In this document: one piece after another, positions 13,690 through 26,955 of the stretch
How positions within the stretch are numbered: the stretch's first letter is position 1
Layout: each line of letters starts with the position of its first letter
Origin: Raillietiella orientalis
Lineage: Eukaryota
Assembly: GCA_036172245.1 (NCBI GenBank)
Contig: JAYWIR010000040.1
Span: 744,001 to 808,000 of the forward strand
Direction of reading: 5' to 3'
DNA: 64,000 nt
Program-made: the position numbers and the translations under genes
Notes under the pieces: model-generated
Told to the model about the DNA's origin: nothing
Databases searched by the model: none
What the model saw: the letters and a program-made list of their open reading frames with translations, nothing else

Positions 13690-14000
13690 CGAGCCGGCAC
13701 CAGGTTTCGAGCGGCGGGTTCCCGGCGCATGCAGAGGGTCCCTTTCCGAAGCGCGCCGGTGGGAGAAGCACCGGGAAGACTCCCATGCGGAACGTGTGCC
13801 AGCGGCAACCTGGTGGCTTTGCCACGGGCACGCGCACGCACAGAGTCCGCTGGCGCTACCGAGAGCTGAACGTCAGACTCCAAGAGCCGTGCCCGCAGCC
13901 TCCAGCGAAGAGGTGGGCGCACCCGTGGTAGGCGCACTCATGCGCACCTCCTGCTCTGCTGCGTTCGAAAGCGCGCGCGGCTGCATGCACGCCTCGTTTC
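13690..14000 (-). mobile_element. decayed CR1-like ORF2 C-terminus
   Basis: VRPPL ... KATRL ... TLCMRR (~VRP.LEY...RATR...L..RR). Confidence 0.35.
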
Positions 14001-14929
14001 CGCTCCGCACGGGTGCCGGCGAACGCTGCGCTCTCGCAACGTGCCACCGGAAGGACCGGCGCACGCGGAAGCGGTGGCGGGGCTGCTGGAGTGTGTCGGC
14101 CGGAGGGAGCCCGCACGCGGGTCAACGGGAAAAACACGCGTTACGAGCGCAGGCACGTCGGGCGCGCTGCGCGCATGACTGAACGCCAGACTCGGCGGCC
14201 CACTGCCCGCGCGGCGTCGCCCGAGGCATCGCGCTGCTCCCTGTTCCTCTAGGCGCTTGCCAAGAGGCTGCGGATCCCCTTCGCCCCTCCCTCCTTCCTC
14301 CCCCATCCCTGGGGCTTCCACCAGGACTGTGGGAAGCGGTGACGTCCTTGCGTGCCGCCGGCAATGCCTTTCCCGTGGGCGCCGAAGGGTTCCGTCACTT
14401 TCCTGGAGCAGCACCTCGAGGGGGGATTGCAGCAGGATTTTTTCAAGGGGGGCGAGGGCGAGTAGGGAGGGGACCCCCTTCGCGCAAACGAATGCGGGTT
14501 GCACAATGTCGGAAACGTCGGAAGCACCATCGATTGGTCACTCCCTCGCTCGTGCCAACTCACTGACTGGTCGGTTTGAAATCCTCAGCAGGAGCTCAGC
14601 CAATGGAATCGCCCAGAGCGGCAGCTGTGGAAGAAAAGACGCGGGAAACCAGAAGGGACCTCTCCAAGGCTCTTGGAAGCGGTAAGGGAGGGGACTGGGA
14701 TGCAGAGGGAGCACATGCCACTCGAGGCTCACAGAGGTAGACAATGCCGTACCGTACGGAAACGACTGGGGCCGAGGAAGGTTCCCGCCAGAGCCCTTCC
14801 GTCATGGGGAGAGCCGCAATGGCTCCCTTTCGGCTGCTGGCTCTCCTCCTTCCCCTGCCCACCTCCCACTCGCTCTCAGGAGCCGCGACATCTTCGCCGG
14901 GAGGGAGGGAGGTACCACAGAGGACCATC

Positions 14930-15600
14930 TCCAAGGAGGCGGGATCTCTGATGTTTCCGAGCTTTCCGATCGAAGTGGGAATTCCTCCTGACCATTTCTT
15001 TCCTGTCCTCCTCTCCTCCATCCCTCCTCGTGACCCACTCACCGCCGACGACTTTCCTCTGCCCTCGGTTCCCAGGAACGTCATCTCCGGCCCGCACCAC
15101 GGCTCTGGACGCGTGTCCCGCCGCCCAGGGAGGACGGGGCATCCCGCGCAGGGAAGAGAAGCGACGTCCATAAGCATTTCCTCCCTACTGCGCTCCCCCC
15201 TTCCTCCTCTCCCTTCCCCACTACTCCCGCCCCTCTTTCCACCGGGATGCCGTGCCTCCTTCCTGGCCGCTCATGGAGGCCGAGAGATCTTCCCACGCGG
15301 GGTAGCCATTGCCTCAGGGTGAGAGGCCACGGGACCATCTGCCTTCCCCAGGAGCTTCCCTTCCGGCGACGAGGAAGCCCGCTGACTCTTCGCCTCTCCT
15401 TCCCTGTGCGGAGCATAGAGACAGGAAGGAGAACGACGGATTGAAGACACCCACTTGGGGGACCACTGCGACGCAGGGCAGGGGTCCCCCGGCAATGCCG
15501 CGAGCATCTTTAGCTCTGGCCCTATAAGTCCATCTCCCCGATGGAGGTGGCCATTTCTGGAGACCATCCTCCGCGGCGTCAGTTGCCTGGAGATGAGTCT
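14930..15600 (-). mobile_element. decayed Penelope-like GIY-YIG region
   Basis: SRNGH, LPCVAVVP (~LPYV.G), DVASLPCAGCP (~VVY.IPC..C), KSSAV, HFDRKARK in the expected order. Confidence 0.45.
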
Positions 15601-17819
15601 GTCGCCCTTCCTCCCCCATCGCCCTGACATCGCCGGCGGGTGAGACCGAGCGGCAACCGCAGTTGCTGTCGTCTCCGCCCGCCGCCAGCGACGGCACCGC
15701 GAATCTCAAGTCGGCCACGCCCCCACCCCTCGACCTTCTCCTCTCCAGCTCACCGGCCCGCCGACCACCTCGCGGCCGTCCCTTCCCCGCAGCGGGAGGC
15801 TTCCGCAATCCTGACCGCCCGGCCCTCCCCCTTCCCTCCCTCCGTTCTTGCTCCCCTTACCCACGGAGGGAAGAGGGGCTACGCGCTCGGCGTAACCCCC
15901 TGCAGCGCAGCCGCTCGCAGAGTTTTCCCTGCTTGCCGGAAGGACGGCATGGAAGGAAAGGGAGCCGAAAGGGGATCACGCCGCCTGGCATCCCTGAGTT
16001 GAGCGCAGCCCTCCCGACTCCGCGACGAGGCTGAAGCGGAGGGCGCCCAGCCACCCCTGCCGCTCCCGCGAACTCCTGGGGACGCCTTCCTCCCCGGCGG
16101 CATCGGGACGCACGGACCCGCCAGCACTTAGACTGCCGTCCGACATTGCCCGCCGAGTCCCTGAGAAAAGTGGGGAGTCCCGGAGGAGAGTTCAGTCAGT
16201 CTTCACCACCCGAGACCGCCGCCGCCTGCCCACAGGTGGGCGAACGACCCCCTTCCTGTCGAGTGCCCGAAGAGAAGGGGAGAGAGGGGCAGCGGCGCCG
16301 CATCCGACAGCCACCGCACCGCCGTTGCCAGGAAGAGGAGAAGCCAGGATGGCAGGAAGCACTGGAGAGCGACGAGAGATCAGAAATTCCTGCGCTGTGA
16401 TCCACGGGAGCGGCCCCGCATGCGGCGCGCCATCTCCGCGAGTCTTCATCTGTGTACGGGAGCGGGAAGAGTCGCGCCAGACGAATGGGCCGACTATCGC
16501 GTGATGGAGTCCCCTAGATGTCGGCCCCCCTCCTCCCTTCCTTCATCCCAGGGTGGACCCATCCCACTTTCCCGAGGATCCCTTGAAGAACTCGCGGCTC
16601 CTTCAGAAACAGGAAAGCGACCATCTCGTCCTGAGAAACCCTGTTAGAAAGTGTTCACGCGACTCTCCAAACCGGTCTTCAGGGGAAGGAGGGATAGAGG
16701 ACTGCCTCAGGTGAAGGAAGGGCGGTCTCGTTCCTTCCTTCACCCACCCTTCCCCCTTCCCGAGTCATGGCTCCCTGCACGCCGAAGGGGACGTCCCGAA
16801 TCGTTCCATAGAGTGCCGTGCCGATGGCCTCGCCGAAGCAGGGGGCCGAACAAAATCCAGATCGATTCCCGCTGGCCTGATGGAAGGAGGGAGCAGTTCC
16901 CGCTTACCAAGCGCTGACCGAGACTGGACTTGGAGTACGCGGTTTCCAGAAGAGCGTGGAACCTGCATTTCTCCACTCCTCGCCTCCCCTCTTGTCGGAT
17001 TACTTGCATAGCGGAGGGGAGAAAGGCAGGGGAGATAGTCGTCGCTCGAAGGTTCTAGAAGAGAGGTCATCTCCCTACCCTTCTTTCTCTTCTCCTCCCT
17101 CCTTCCCCTTTGCTCTCCTCCCCTCCTCCTCTTCCTGCTCCCATTTCATCGGAGGAAGCAGCCGTCTGGCAGCTCCTCCTGGGCACTTTACTTGCTGCCC
17201 ATTTTCTTGTCTCCCTCTTCCTCCACCACCCGAGGAAGACCTCCTAGGGTGTATCAGGTTCTCCCCCTGCTTTTCCCCCGGAGGGACTCCCTCCCTTCCT
17301 CGTGAGCTTCTTCCCGCTTAGCCTGCTTCGAAGTTTGGGGGTGCATGCAGGTAGGAAAGCCCGGCTTTCCCGGATCGCGCTGCAGCGGATCCGCAGCCAC
17401 GACCCAGCCCCCGACCTCTTCCTCTTCCTCCCCCCGCAGACGAGGGTCAAGGAAGGAGACTACTCTCTCGATCCGCCTTTCCTTCCCCGTATCCTGTGAC
17501 CCTCCACCCTTCGCTTGCCTTAGAAGATCGCTGATGGTCCGTACGGAGCAGTCGGCGCTTCCGTACAGAGTCCGCAGGCTCCAGGAAGAATTCTAGGGGT
17601 GCGCATTCCTCCTCTTCTTACCCGCGGGCGTCAGCAACCTTGCGGGCGCCTCTGGCAGGCGAAGTCGCACGGTGGAGACTTCTTTAGCGCGTCACGAAGG
17701 ACCGCCCTTGAACGCGCTTCCTCAGAGAACAAAAGAAAGGGGAGGGGGGAGGCTTTGGGGAGCTGCCCACAGATGACACTGCGCGCACGCTTGCCCGAGC
17801 GATTCACGCAGTGAGAGTC

Positions 17820-18680
17820 CATAAAAAGCAAAAGCACGAAAAGCAGCCATGTCCCGCTTGAGACGTGACAGAGGGGTTACCGGTCAGGGGTCTCGTGAAG
17901 AGGTCGCGCTTCCCCAATGGTCCTTCACCTCCGTGACACAGGACTTGGGCGACCCCGTGATGGCGCGCCCACCGTGCATCATGGGAACCTCTGACGTTAC
18001 TCTCCACCGTCGGCGAAGAGCACGCCTCGTCCTGAACTGCATCGCTCTCCTTGCGTAGCTGCTGCGGGAAAATGAGAAGCAAGCAAAAAGGAAGGTCTCG
18101 TTCCCCCCTCTCCGCGGTCTGGATGGCAGAGAGGAAGAAGACGCACTCTCTTTCCAGAAAGCGATGCTTCCGTGCAGTAGCATGCACTCACCATCGATCC
18201 TGCAAAGTGCGCATCAACGGAAAGACTCCGAGAGGTCTGAAGAACGTCAGAACGCAGCGCAACGGCTCTACCCCAAGCATCACATTATCCGAGACTTGCA
18301 GGCATCTCGGTAAATCTTTCGGAATTGGAAACATCCTAAAAGCGTACCTCCGAAGAGGAGGTCCATGAAAAGGCAGGAAAAATCCCTCCATCGGGACTGT
18401 CACCGTGGCAAAATTTGGATGCGCTAGAGACATTTTTCTTCCCTAGCCTCATTCACTTTGAGAGGCTGAGGACGCATCCAAAACCTACTAGAGGTTCACC
18501 GATATCAAGATTCGGCGGTTGGTGAAAGAACTTTTGCATTCACCAGCGAGAGCCGCCAATGAGCGCACATACGGCGACAGGAAGAAGGGCTGCCTCAGCT
18601 TGATGCAGCTTGAGGCCGAGGCCTTCATCACGGATAATTCTTTCAAATTGATCTCCTCTCCCGACACACCACCGTTAACC
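17820..18680 (-). mobile_element. decayed LINE 3' region, R1-like
   Basis: DEGLGLKLHQAEAALL (~GL.LA..KTE.VL) and SQAGHGCFS (~LTGHG.F). Confidence 0.3.
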
Positions 18681-19699
18681 CTTTGGATGCGGAGCTCATC
18701 AGATTTTCACGTTGTGCGCTGGCGGCACGCGAGTCGCAGTGGCGACCTCTGTGGACGGCACGCTTCTCCGCGTGCCACCGAGGAGCCGATTGATTCCATA
18801 AAGTGCTCGTCAAAGTTGCCGTTGTTTAATCACACTGCATTGAATCAAATATTTTCATTTTTCCCAAGCATACATTATTCATTCAAAAATTATAATTGGA
18901 ATTCGAATGAATTCAAACATTCATTTTGGGCGTGGTGCATCTCAAAACGCATAATCCGACGTCGCATTTTTTTTACATTCTCGTTTTGCGTCACTCCGTT
19001 TCTTACGTTTTGCGCTTTCTTCCTGGAAATGAGTGTTTCCTCTGAACACTTCGAACCGAATCGGAATGCTCTTCTTCCGTAGATGTGCTGTGGGCCGTTT
19101 TTTTCTTGTTTTTTTTTTTCATCTATACTTGGCTATTCCACTATCTACGATGCTTTTCGTATCTGCAGAATCAGATGACGATGGAACACGTGGGGACATT
19201 CCCTCAATTTCATGGTCATATTCTTCATTCGAATCCAACTCCTCATCTGTTTCACGATCGTCTCTTCTAATCATCTCTTCAAAATTATTTCTTTAGATTT
19301 TCAAGGTATCGCAAAGGCAAAAAAACAATATGATCAATTATATACGACACCACTTTTTGAGGTGCCGCAAAGATGAAAGGCAATATAATAAATTCCATTT
19401 GGCACCCAGAAAAAGAGGGAGCAGTTGGCCAGCGTGGACGGGATTTTGTTTACTGCCGTTGCCAAGGCGACTACGAGAACGTAAGTGTGCGCGTCGTCCG
19501 TCTGAAACGTGGATGGCGTCGACCCGTGTCGTCGAGCATAAGGTCAAAAAAACGTTTTCCAGGCGCATGCGTGCGTCCACAGTCCACGCCGATCCTTTTC
19601 GCCGGACCCATAGATGCGTCCACAGCGCACGCTGGCAGCTTTCGTCGGACGCATCTGTGCGTCCATGGAACTCACAGGGTTAAGAATCTCTCCAAGGAC

Positions 19700-20280
19700 T
19701 CCCTCTGAGAAGTTATAATGGGAAAGATGCTACAAACACCCACAGAGAGGGCGCAGGCAGATCCCTATCAGGAGACTCCGGTGGAAAATTCACAAGAATG
19801 AGCGGCGACATCAAAAGTCTTTGGACAGGCAGGCTTCCCGGCGCACGCAGGCAACGCTGGAATCTGATGATGGTGAACCAAAAGTAATGATACATGGTCT
19901 AGTGTTGGTTGGCTCCATGAGGAGGAAATCTACAGCAAACGGGAATTCACTTGGCTTTCCCTCATCCAAAAACACAGGGATCAAGGGAAAGCCAAGCGTT
20001 GCGTTGGGATGCGCCGGGACTCCAGCCACTTTCTCACCTCAGATTACATAAGGTTTGTAGATTATCGTTTTCCCCATGCGGCTAGGTTGAATCTTCTACC
20101 AATACATCATTCCAACTAGTCCGGCTGCATGGTCCACGATGAGAAGATCTTCGAAAGATTAAAAGGACGAGCCGCTGCCCTTCATTAAATTTCGCGTACC
20201 ATTCTGTTAATTCAATGGAATTTGTGCTCTTCAGCTCAATATCAGATACGCCACTCTTCTGGTGGACAGTCCATCAAGCT
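19700..20280 (+). mobile_element. Utopia/NeSL-clade (RLE-type) non-LTR retrotransposon remnant
   Basis: LSGDSGGKFTRMSGDIKSLWT followed by DQGKAKRCVG...SSHFLTSDYIRFVDYRFPHAARLNLLPI; matches the recalled Utopia/NeSL motif DQGK...SSHF...RF.D.RF.H.ARLNLLP; contains stops and frameshifts. Confidence 0.7.
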
Positions 20281-20899
20281 GCTTTTTGGAGGCGGACGGG
20301 ATGCTCGGAGCTTGCTCCTCTCCCACCGCGGGTTGACCCTGGATGCCTCCATCAGCCCAGACTCGAGGGGTTTCCCTATGAAACAGAAAGGAGGGGGAAG
20401 AGGGAGGGGAGAAAGAAAAGGAAATTCTGAAAAAGTAGGGAACGGAGGGAAGGGGCAATAAATAAATAAAAAAAGACGAAGGGTGGGGACAGGGTCTTTG
20501 GCATGTGACGTTCCTTTCTCTTTAAAAGCGGCTGTGGACGGTGGCGATCTTCCTGGCGACTTCTGGAAGGTGAGACCATCTTGCTGCTGCCCTCTTGAGG
20601 GCTGCTGCCATGCTGGTGGTCTCTTCTCGCCGCGAACTTGCTTCTAGCGGATGGCGGACTGCCACGATGGTGCGGAAAAGAAGGAGGAAGAGGAAACTGA
20701 TGCAATGCAGTACCTCCGGGATCGGACCACTGCTCCCCGATGTGGGAGGGCCGAAAGGCAGACGGGCCGTCGAAGTCACGGGAATCGGATGCAGCTGCAG
20801 CCGAACCGTGGTCCCCTCGCCAGGGCCGCGTGTCGCCTGCCACGTGACAAGGCAGCTCGAGGGAGGCAGGCGGGTGGGAAAAACCCGCCTGGTGCAACC

Positions 20900-21250
20900 G
20901 GATGTCTCTTCTACCGGAAGCGACTCGGACCAGGATCGCACGCGCTCGGCGATGCCTTCCAGGCAGCTGCAAGGACCGGATGTCACTGCGCGCTGGTGGC
21001 TCCTGCGTCTCCGCCAGAATAACCCTCGGTGGACCTGCTCCTGGAAGGCAGTGGCTGGGTCCCGCATGAGGGCACCGCCGAGATCCACGCTTGCCGGGAG
21101 GAAAACGCCGTGTCCAGTGCTGTCTGGATGGGAAACCCTGAGGACAGAAAAAGAGGGTGGGGTGACCCGATGACCTGGCACCCGAAAATGAAAAACCCGG
21201 AAGCGGACCTCCCGCCTCGGCACCCGCATCAGCTCGTCGAGAGCTCTGCT
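20900..21250 (+). mobile_element. decayed RTE-like C-terminus
   Basis: QWLGPA* (~RWLGHV.R) and RGWGDPMTW (~RGRP..W). Confidence 0.28.
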
Positions 21251-22959
21251 AGGATCTCTTCGAATCTTCTGGGAGGAGATGCGTCTTTCATCCACGAACG
21301 TCGGGATTTTTTCTTAGGAGAAAGGGGAAAAAAAAAGCTTTCTTTCGATCTTCCCGGAACGGATGTGGCACGAAGTTCCGGAAAAGGAGGAAGGGCATAC
21401 ACCTTCACCGGAGGGAGGAAGGGCGAACGTCCGACCCTCCTTGTGGACTTCAGGCTGCAACGGGAAGGTGCTCTGGGACAGGGCGCGCGCTGCCGCCGCT
21501 TTTTGGGTGCTTTGCTCCCGCCCTTCGGCCGCTGCCGCCCTCACGGAGGCGCGTGGCGAACTCGAAGGAACCGCGGTGGCAGGAGGCGGCGAGCAGCAGC
21601 GACCCCTGATGCCCCTGGAAGACTCCGCCACAGCTTCTGCGGGAGTTCTTCGCGCGTCCCTGCAGGGACGCTCGACAGGCGGTGCCCCGTGCGGTGGAGT
21701 GGAGGCAGCGTTGCAGGAGGGGCGGACAGGCGCCTCACCCCGTCCGCGACGCGGAGGGCGGCAAGACGATCACGCCCACGTCCCGAGATCAAAGCGGATG
21801 CCGCCCGGCTCCGGGAAGGCTGTGGGAAAAGCGCAGCCCAGCGACCTGGTGACCTTCCCTTCCCCCGCTCTTCCCTATTTCCCGGAGGCCACAGACGTTT
21901 GCGTCCGCTGATTTCCCCATTCCCCACGAGCATTTATTTATTTATTTTCATTTCCCCATCGCTCCCTCACCTCGACTTCGGGAGCGCGCTTTCCCCTTGG
22001 CTATCGACCTGCGCGCTGGCATTCCCCGTCTCCTGCCCCGGGACGCCTCGCAGCGCCAGGACATCGCACCCACGCCTCATTATCATCCTTTCCTCACCGT
22101 CGCTCCAAGTACGTGTCCTCCTCTTCTTCCTGGTGTCTCACTTCGCCGCAAGGAACCCCCGCTTACCTTCTGTCCTCTCTTCCTTCCGCCCCACCTCAGG
22201 GCACGTGAGTGCGCGTTTAGTAGCAAGCGCCCCGGCGTGATCGGGTTCGAAGGAGGGCGTGTCCTCCATTAGACAGAATTCCTCATTCTTTCAAACTCCC
22301 CTTTCGTCTCATCATCCAGACGAGGCTGAGGCTCTCGACGCCGCTGCAGGTCTTCCTGGACAGCCTGTTCTTCGGGCTCCCCATTTCTTCCTGAGGCATT
22401 GGGGATCGCCAGCTCGTTCGCCACTCCGTGGCTTCCCAACTCCCGTGATCCCCGAGCAACCACCAGTACCTCCTCGATCGATCGCACCGAGGCGTCGGGA
22501 AAAGACCGGAGAACCGAAGTTCCGACGTTTTTCCTCCCTCTCTGGAGCAGCCATGAGCTCTCGAACGGGCAGGCGGCGTTCCGGTAGGGTCACTCATCGG
22601 CGTCCTCGGATCGGAACCTGGTCACTGAGATGACCGCAGGAAACGGAAGAAGTACTCCGCTCCTTTGCGTCCTTGGACCATGCCGAGGAGCGCGCGCCAC
22701 TCGTGGCTGCACGAGCGCTGCAGGAGATCCGTGAGAAGACCATGGCCCTTTAGCTGCCCTTTGCAGCAAGCGGGAGGTCACTTGCCTAGAGTGACAGCAG
22801 CCATGTTTGCGGCCGCCGCTGCCAGCGCGCGGCAGGCGGGGAGTCGCGCGCGAGGGGGCAGCCGGAGCGCTCGTGGACCTGCGGAGGTGGGGTGGGGGAA
22901 GCAGAACTAGGAGGAGGAGGGGATCGCTACGGGACAGGATGAGAGAAACGGAGGAAGCT

Positions 22960-23200
22960 TGTCCATCATGGACGACCTATCTCGTGGACCACCTGCCACC
23001 GATTGGCTCCGCCGTCTTGAGAAGCTGCCAAACCCCGCGAGACAAACAAGTGACGGCACGTCGCGCCTCGGGATCGCGCGCGCTGCCTTCGCCCGATTCC
23101 TTCCCCGCCAGCGGCGCTGGCGGGCACCTCCTTCCCGCGCTCCTTGCAATGCCAGAACATCGCACCGACGACTCTTTGCTGATGACGAGCTCGCGGGAAA
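22960..23200 (+). mobile_element. decayed CR1/L2-like RT core
   Basis: Broken TSG-VP-GS-L-P motif followed by RLFADD; ~70 bp shared with 30645-30714. Confidence 0.45.
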
Positions 23201-23619
23201 GAACACGTGAAAAGGAAGGGAGGAAAGCGCTCTGGGAGCGATTCGTGTCAACAGGGGTGGAAGGAGCGGGAAGGGAAGGGAGAGAGGACCGGAGAACGCG
23301 CCCAGGCGTCGGCAAAAGGCAGGCGGTTTGCGGCCCCTCTGGAAGCCGTGGAGAGGAGGAGCTGCCGCTCCGGGCGGCGGAGACCAAGTCTCTCAGATTC
23401 CACTACGTTCTTGCTGCATCCGGTCACGCCGGGGAGGGCGCTCTCGTCACCAGCAAAATAGGAAGAGCAAGAAACACGTGAGAGCGGTGGAACTCGAGAT
23501 CATGCCAAGTCCAGAGAGACGAATACCAACGGTCGGGCCGCTAAGCCCGCAGTGGAAACGATGAGCAGGGGAGAGGAGGAAGGGGATAAGAGAAATAGAT
23601 CAGGAAATGAGTTGGCATT

Positions 23620-24690
23620 TCTTTCCGCGAAGGATTCGGAAAGGCTCCCTCTGCGTCCCTTCAAAATTCAAAGGGCTACTCGGGGACTTCGGTCCCAGGT
23701 GGGGGGTCTCCGCGTCGCCATCCTCCGGAAGGAGGTTGCCAAGAACTTGATGACCCTCCTGGATCTTCTTCGGGTATTTCAAAGCCTCGACGGTGCCGCC
23801 GAGGTGGGAGGGCTCCAGGATTTCTCTCACCTGCCTGACGTCAGCAGCGCCCCTGGATAGCTATCCGCGCTTCTGGGATTTCTGTACGAAAGGAAAGGGG
23901 GAGGGACAGGAGCCTTGGCCACTGCCGACAATCCACCCGAGGGAGCATCGGCGGCTCCCGCAAATGGGAGCAGCCCGGACTCCGCACGACACCGAGGGAG
24001 GGAGGAGGGAGGGAGGAGGACGCGAAAGCAGGACTCTCTGAGAAACAGGGATCAGGCTCGTGACTGTCTCTCCCTTCCTCATCCACAATGCTCGCCGACG
24101 AGTCTCCAACCACGGGACCGACCTCCTCCTTACGGCAGTACCGTTGCACTGCCCAGGCTGGTCGCCATCTTCAGACGCTTCTCAGCCTGCGGTTCACCTC
24201 CGGCGCTTCTCCGTAGCCCTAAACATCACGAGTCCCTGGGCTGGGTTCGTCAGGGTCGTCCTTGGTGTGCCGCCCGTCGTTGCTGCCTCCACCGCCTACC
24301 GCTTGAAGACGCTCCCTCCCCCCTTCATCCCCTTTTCCTCGGCCACAACCTGCTGACGCCGCCTGATGGCATTCCAGTCTGCTCTTCTTGGTGAGCTCCG
24401 AATTCCTGGATCCATTCTGCTGCCTACTCTTCTGGACTAGGCAACCAGACAACCAGAGGGCGCCCATCCCTGGTCGGAAGCTTTCGAAGGAGGGTCGCTG
24501 GCGTCCGCAGCTCCGACAGCATCCGTGAAGCAAGAATTCAGCGCCCAAGCCATCGGCGGTCCCAATTTCTTCCCTCTCGAGCACGTGAGTGCGCAGCGCG
24601 TAGGTGTCTCTTGTCGGAAACGATACCATTCGACCGGCCAGCTTCCCGCTATCCGCTCTTCGATGAATCGGAAAGAAGGCAACCCCATCC
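23620..24690 (-). mobile_element. decayed LINE RT (Jockey/L2/CR1-like)
   Basis: FFPIHRRAD...MVSF, SFRPGMG, PTWD, FEGTQREPFRIL (~LE.VQR.A.R.I) in order. Confidence 0.4.
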
Positions 24691-25249
24691 TCCTTTTTTT
24701 TCTTTTTTTGCATCCTCTAGGACCACGCGCGCTGAATGCCTGCGAGTGATCGGAACCTTCCGAGGAAGAGGCGCACGCGGAAGGACGAAGGTCACTCGGA
24801 GGAGAACCTCTCCTCTTACAGCGGGCCTTCACCCAGTAGCGCAGGTATGCAGGAAGGAAGGAACGCTCGAATCGCATCCGGAAGATGCTCCAAGAACCCA
24901 TAAAGGTCACGGCGGAAGCGGCGAGCTGGTCTCGGGTCGAGGCCCCGTCTAGAATCTGCTGGGGGTGTGATTCCGAGCAGATGGCACCAGAGGCACCTGC
25001 AGTGGTCACAAAAGGAAGGACGCCCTGCCACCAGGAAGGTGAACCCGTGGCTCCTGCAACATGGCACATCCGCGAAAAAGGAAGCGGGGGCGGGGATGCG
25101 CAGGAACTCAGGTCTCGCTGGGACTCTCGCCATGCGGAACATCCCTCGAGGAGCGTCACGAACTGTGTGGCGCAGGGTGAGCTTCAAGCGAGTTCAGGAG
25201 GTGAGAGCGGAATTCCTGAGGGCGTGAGTGCGCAGTCACCCTTGCGTTC

Positions 25250-25950
25250 CATTCGAACCCAGAGACGGCGGGACCCCCTTGCGCAACCACTGCGCTGGTT
25301 GGGGCTGCTGCTCTCTGAAGGAAGGCTGCTGACCCTGCAGGATAGAGAAGAACTTCCAGCAGCTCCACGCCCGCCGGTGCACCGGTCAGCAGAGATGATC
25401 CTTCGGGAAAGCGAGCCACCACCCCCACCCACCTTCGCGCGCTCCTGACCGTGCGCCGGCTCCTCTTGACAGGCGTGGCCTCCCCCGCGTTGCGTGCACG
25501 CCGCGCGGATCGGATGGCGCTCCGAATCGTGTGGGTCCCCCAGGCAGACTTGCGGTCCACCGCGGATACTCGATGCGTGCACATACCCACGTAGGGAAGT
25601 GAACTCGGTGCGACCGGTCTTTGCCCGAAGGCGGGTAGGCAAGGAGAGGTCCGTCGGTTGCCTGGGAGTTAGCGGCGTCGGTGAGAAGGACTATGGGAAG
25701 GGCGAGGACAAGTGGTCGTGTGGGCACGAGTAGCAGGAAGCGCCCCTGGCGAGAGGCCAGCAAGCTGCCTCCCTCCCTTTCTTCTAGGGTTTCTTCTCAC
25801 CCTCGCCGCCGGCAGGATCCCCTAGAAGGACGCAGCGTTTCTGCGCCACGCGCTGACCTACAAAGGGTGCAGCCAGGAAAGCTTCCCCTCCTCGGTCTCG
25901 TGCTGCGAGGACCTCCCTCACACTGGCGGCCGGGGGGAGCTCTGGCGCCG
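25250..25950 (-). mobile_element. decayed Penelope-like element
   Basis: SLPYVGMCTHRVSAVDRK (~SLPYV.G.SE.I.R.L.K) then KVGGGGGSLSRRI (~YIGETGRSL..RI). Confidence 0.4.
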
Positions 25951-26955
25951 AAGCTGTAGCACAGCTCAGCGGACATCATTGCAGCTCAGGGGCTACTGCG
26001 CCCGAGGGCTCGCTGGGAGGAGGCGGGCGCTGAGCGCACGCATCGGTCCAGAGGAAGCACCGGGCAGCTCCCGAGAGAATCCTCCTGGGAGATGCGCGCC
26101 GCCACCTCTCGGACCAGAGCTGTGCCATCCGGCGACGACCTTATCGGAACGTCCTGAGCGGAGCGCGCGGCGGACACCCAGGAAGAGTCCGGTGGCGGAA
26201 GCGGAAACGCCTTGATTTGATTGGCTCCGTTCGTTTTCTGCTCCTCCTCCCGGTTCGCCACTCCACTTCCCTGCCCAGCCTACCCCCCTTCCATTCCATG
26301 GCGCTGCTGACGAGACTGCCTCCCCCGCCCGTGAGACGATGTTTGTTCCCTTCTTCCTGGGAGCACTGGCAGCTCCAGCCCGAAGGAGCTGAAGGGGAGC
26401 TCTCCGGACTCTGCCGCACGAGAGAGGGGGGGACGTCTTCCCCTATGGCGACCGCGCCACGCCAGGGGAGACTGCGCCACGGGAATGGCCGAGCACGGCG
26501 TTTAGCTTCCTGTGGCTGCGGTCGCGCACCTGCACTCCCGGAAAGATGCCATCGAGCAAAAAGCCCACGCCCACGCCGGGAGCGCAGCTTCGGAAGCTTC
26601 ACCGCATGGAAAGCAAGTGCCACCGCCAAATCATCCCCCGAGCCCAGAGCCCGGGAGGGAGACGTTTTAACACGCAAGCGGGAAGAGAGCTGCCGGAACG
26701 GAGAGACGGCAGGGGAAGCCTCGAGGCGCATTCCTGTCGTAGGCGCTACCGGAAGACGTCGCCCCAGTGTGGACAGAGGATGCCGTCTCCGCGAACCCAG
26801 GTCTCGCCGAGTCCCTCCCCCTTCCTCCCCTGCAAACACTTTTTCTGATGCTCGCGCCCTTCGCGAGCGGGCGGGCGGCCCGCATTTTCATTCTTGTCTC
26901 GTCTCTGCTCTCCTGACCTCCGGAAGAGTCGAGAAGGCACCCACAGGCGTCTCGG

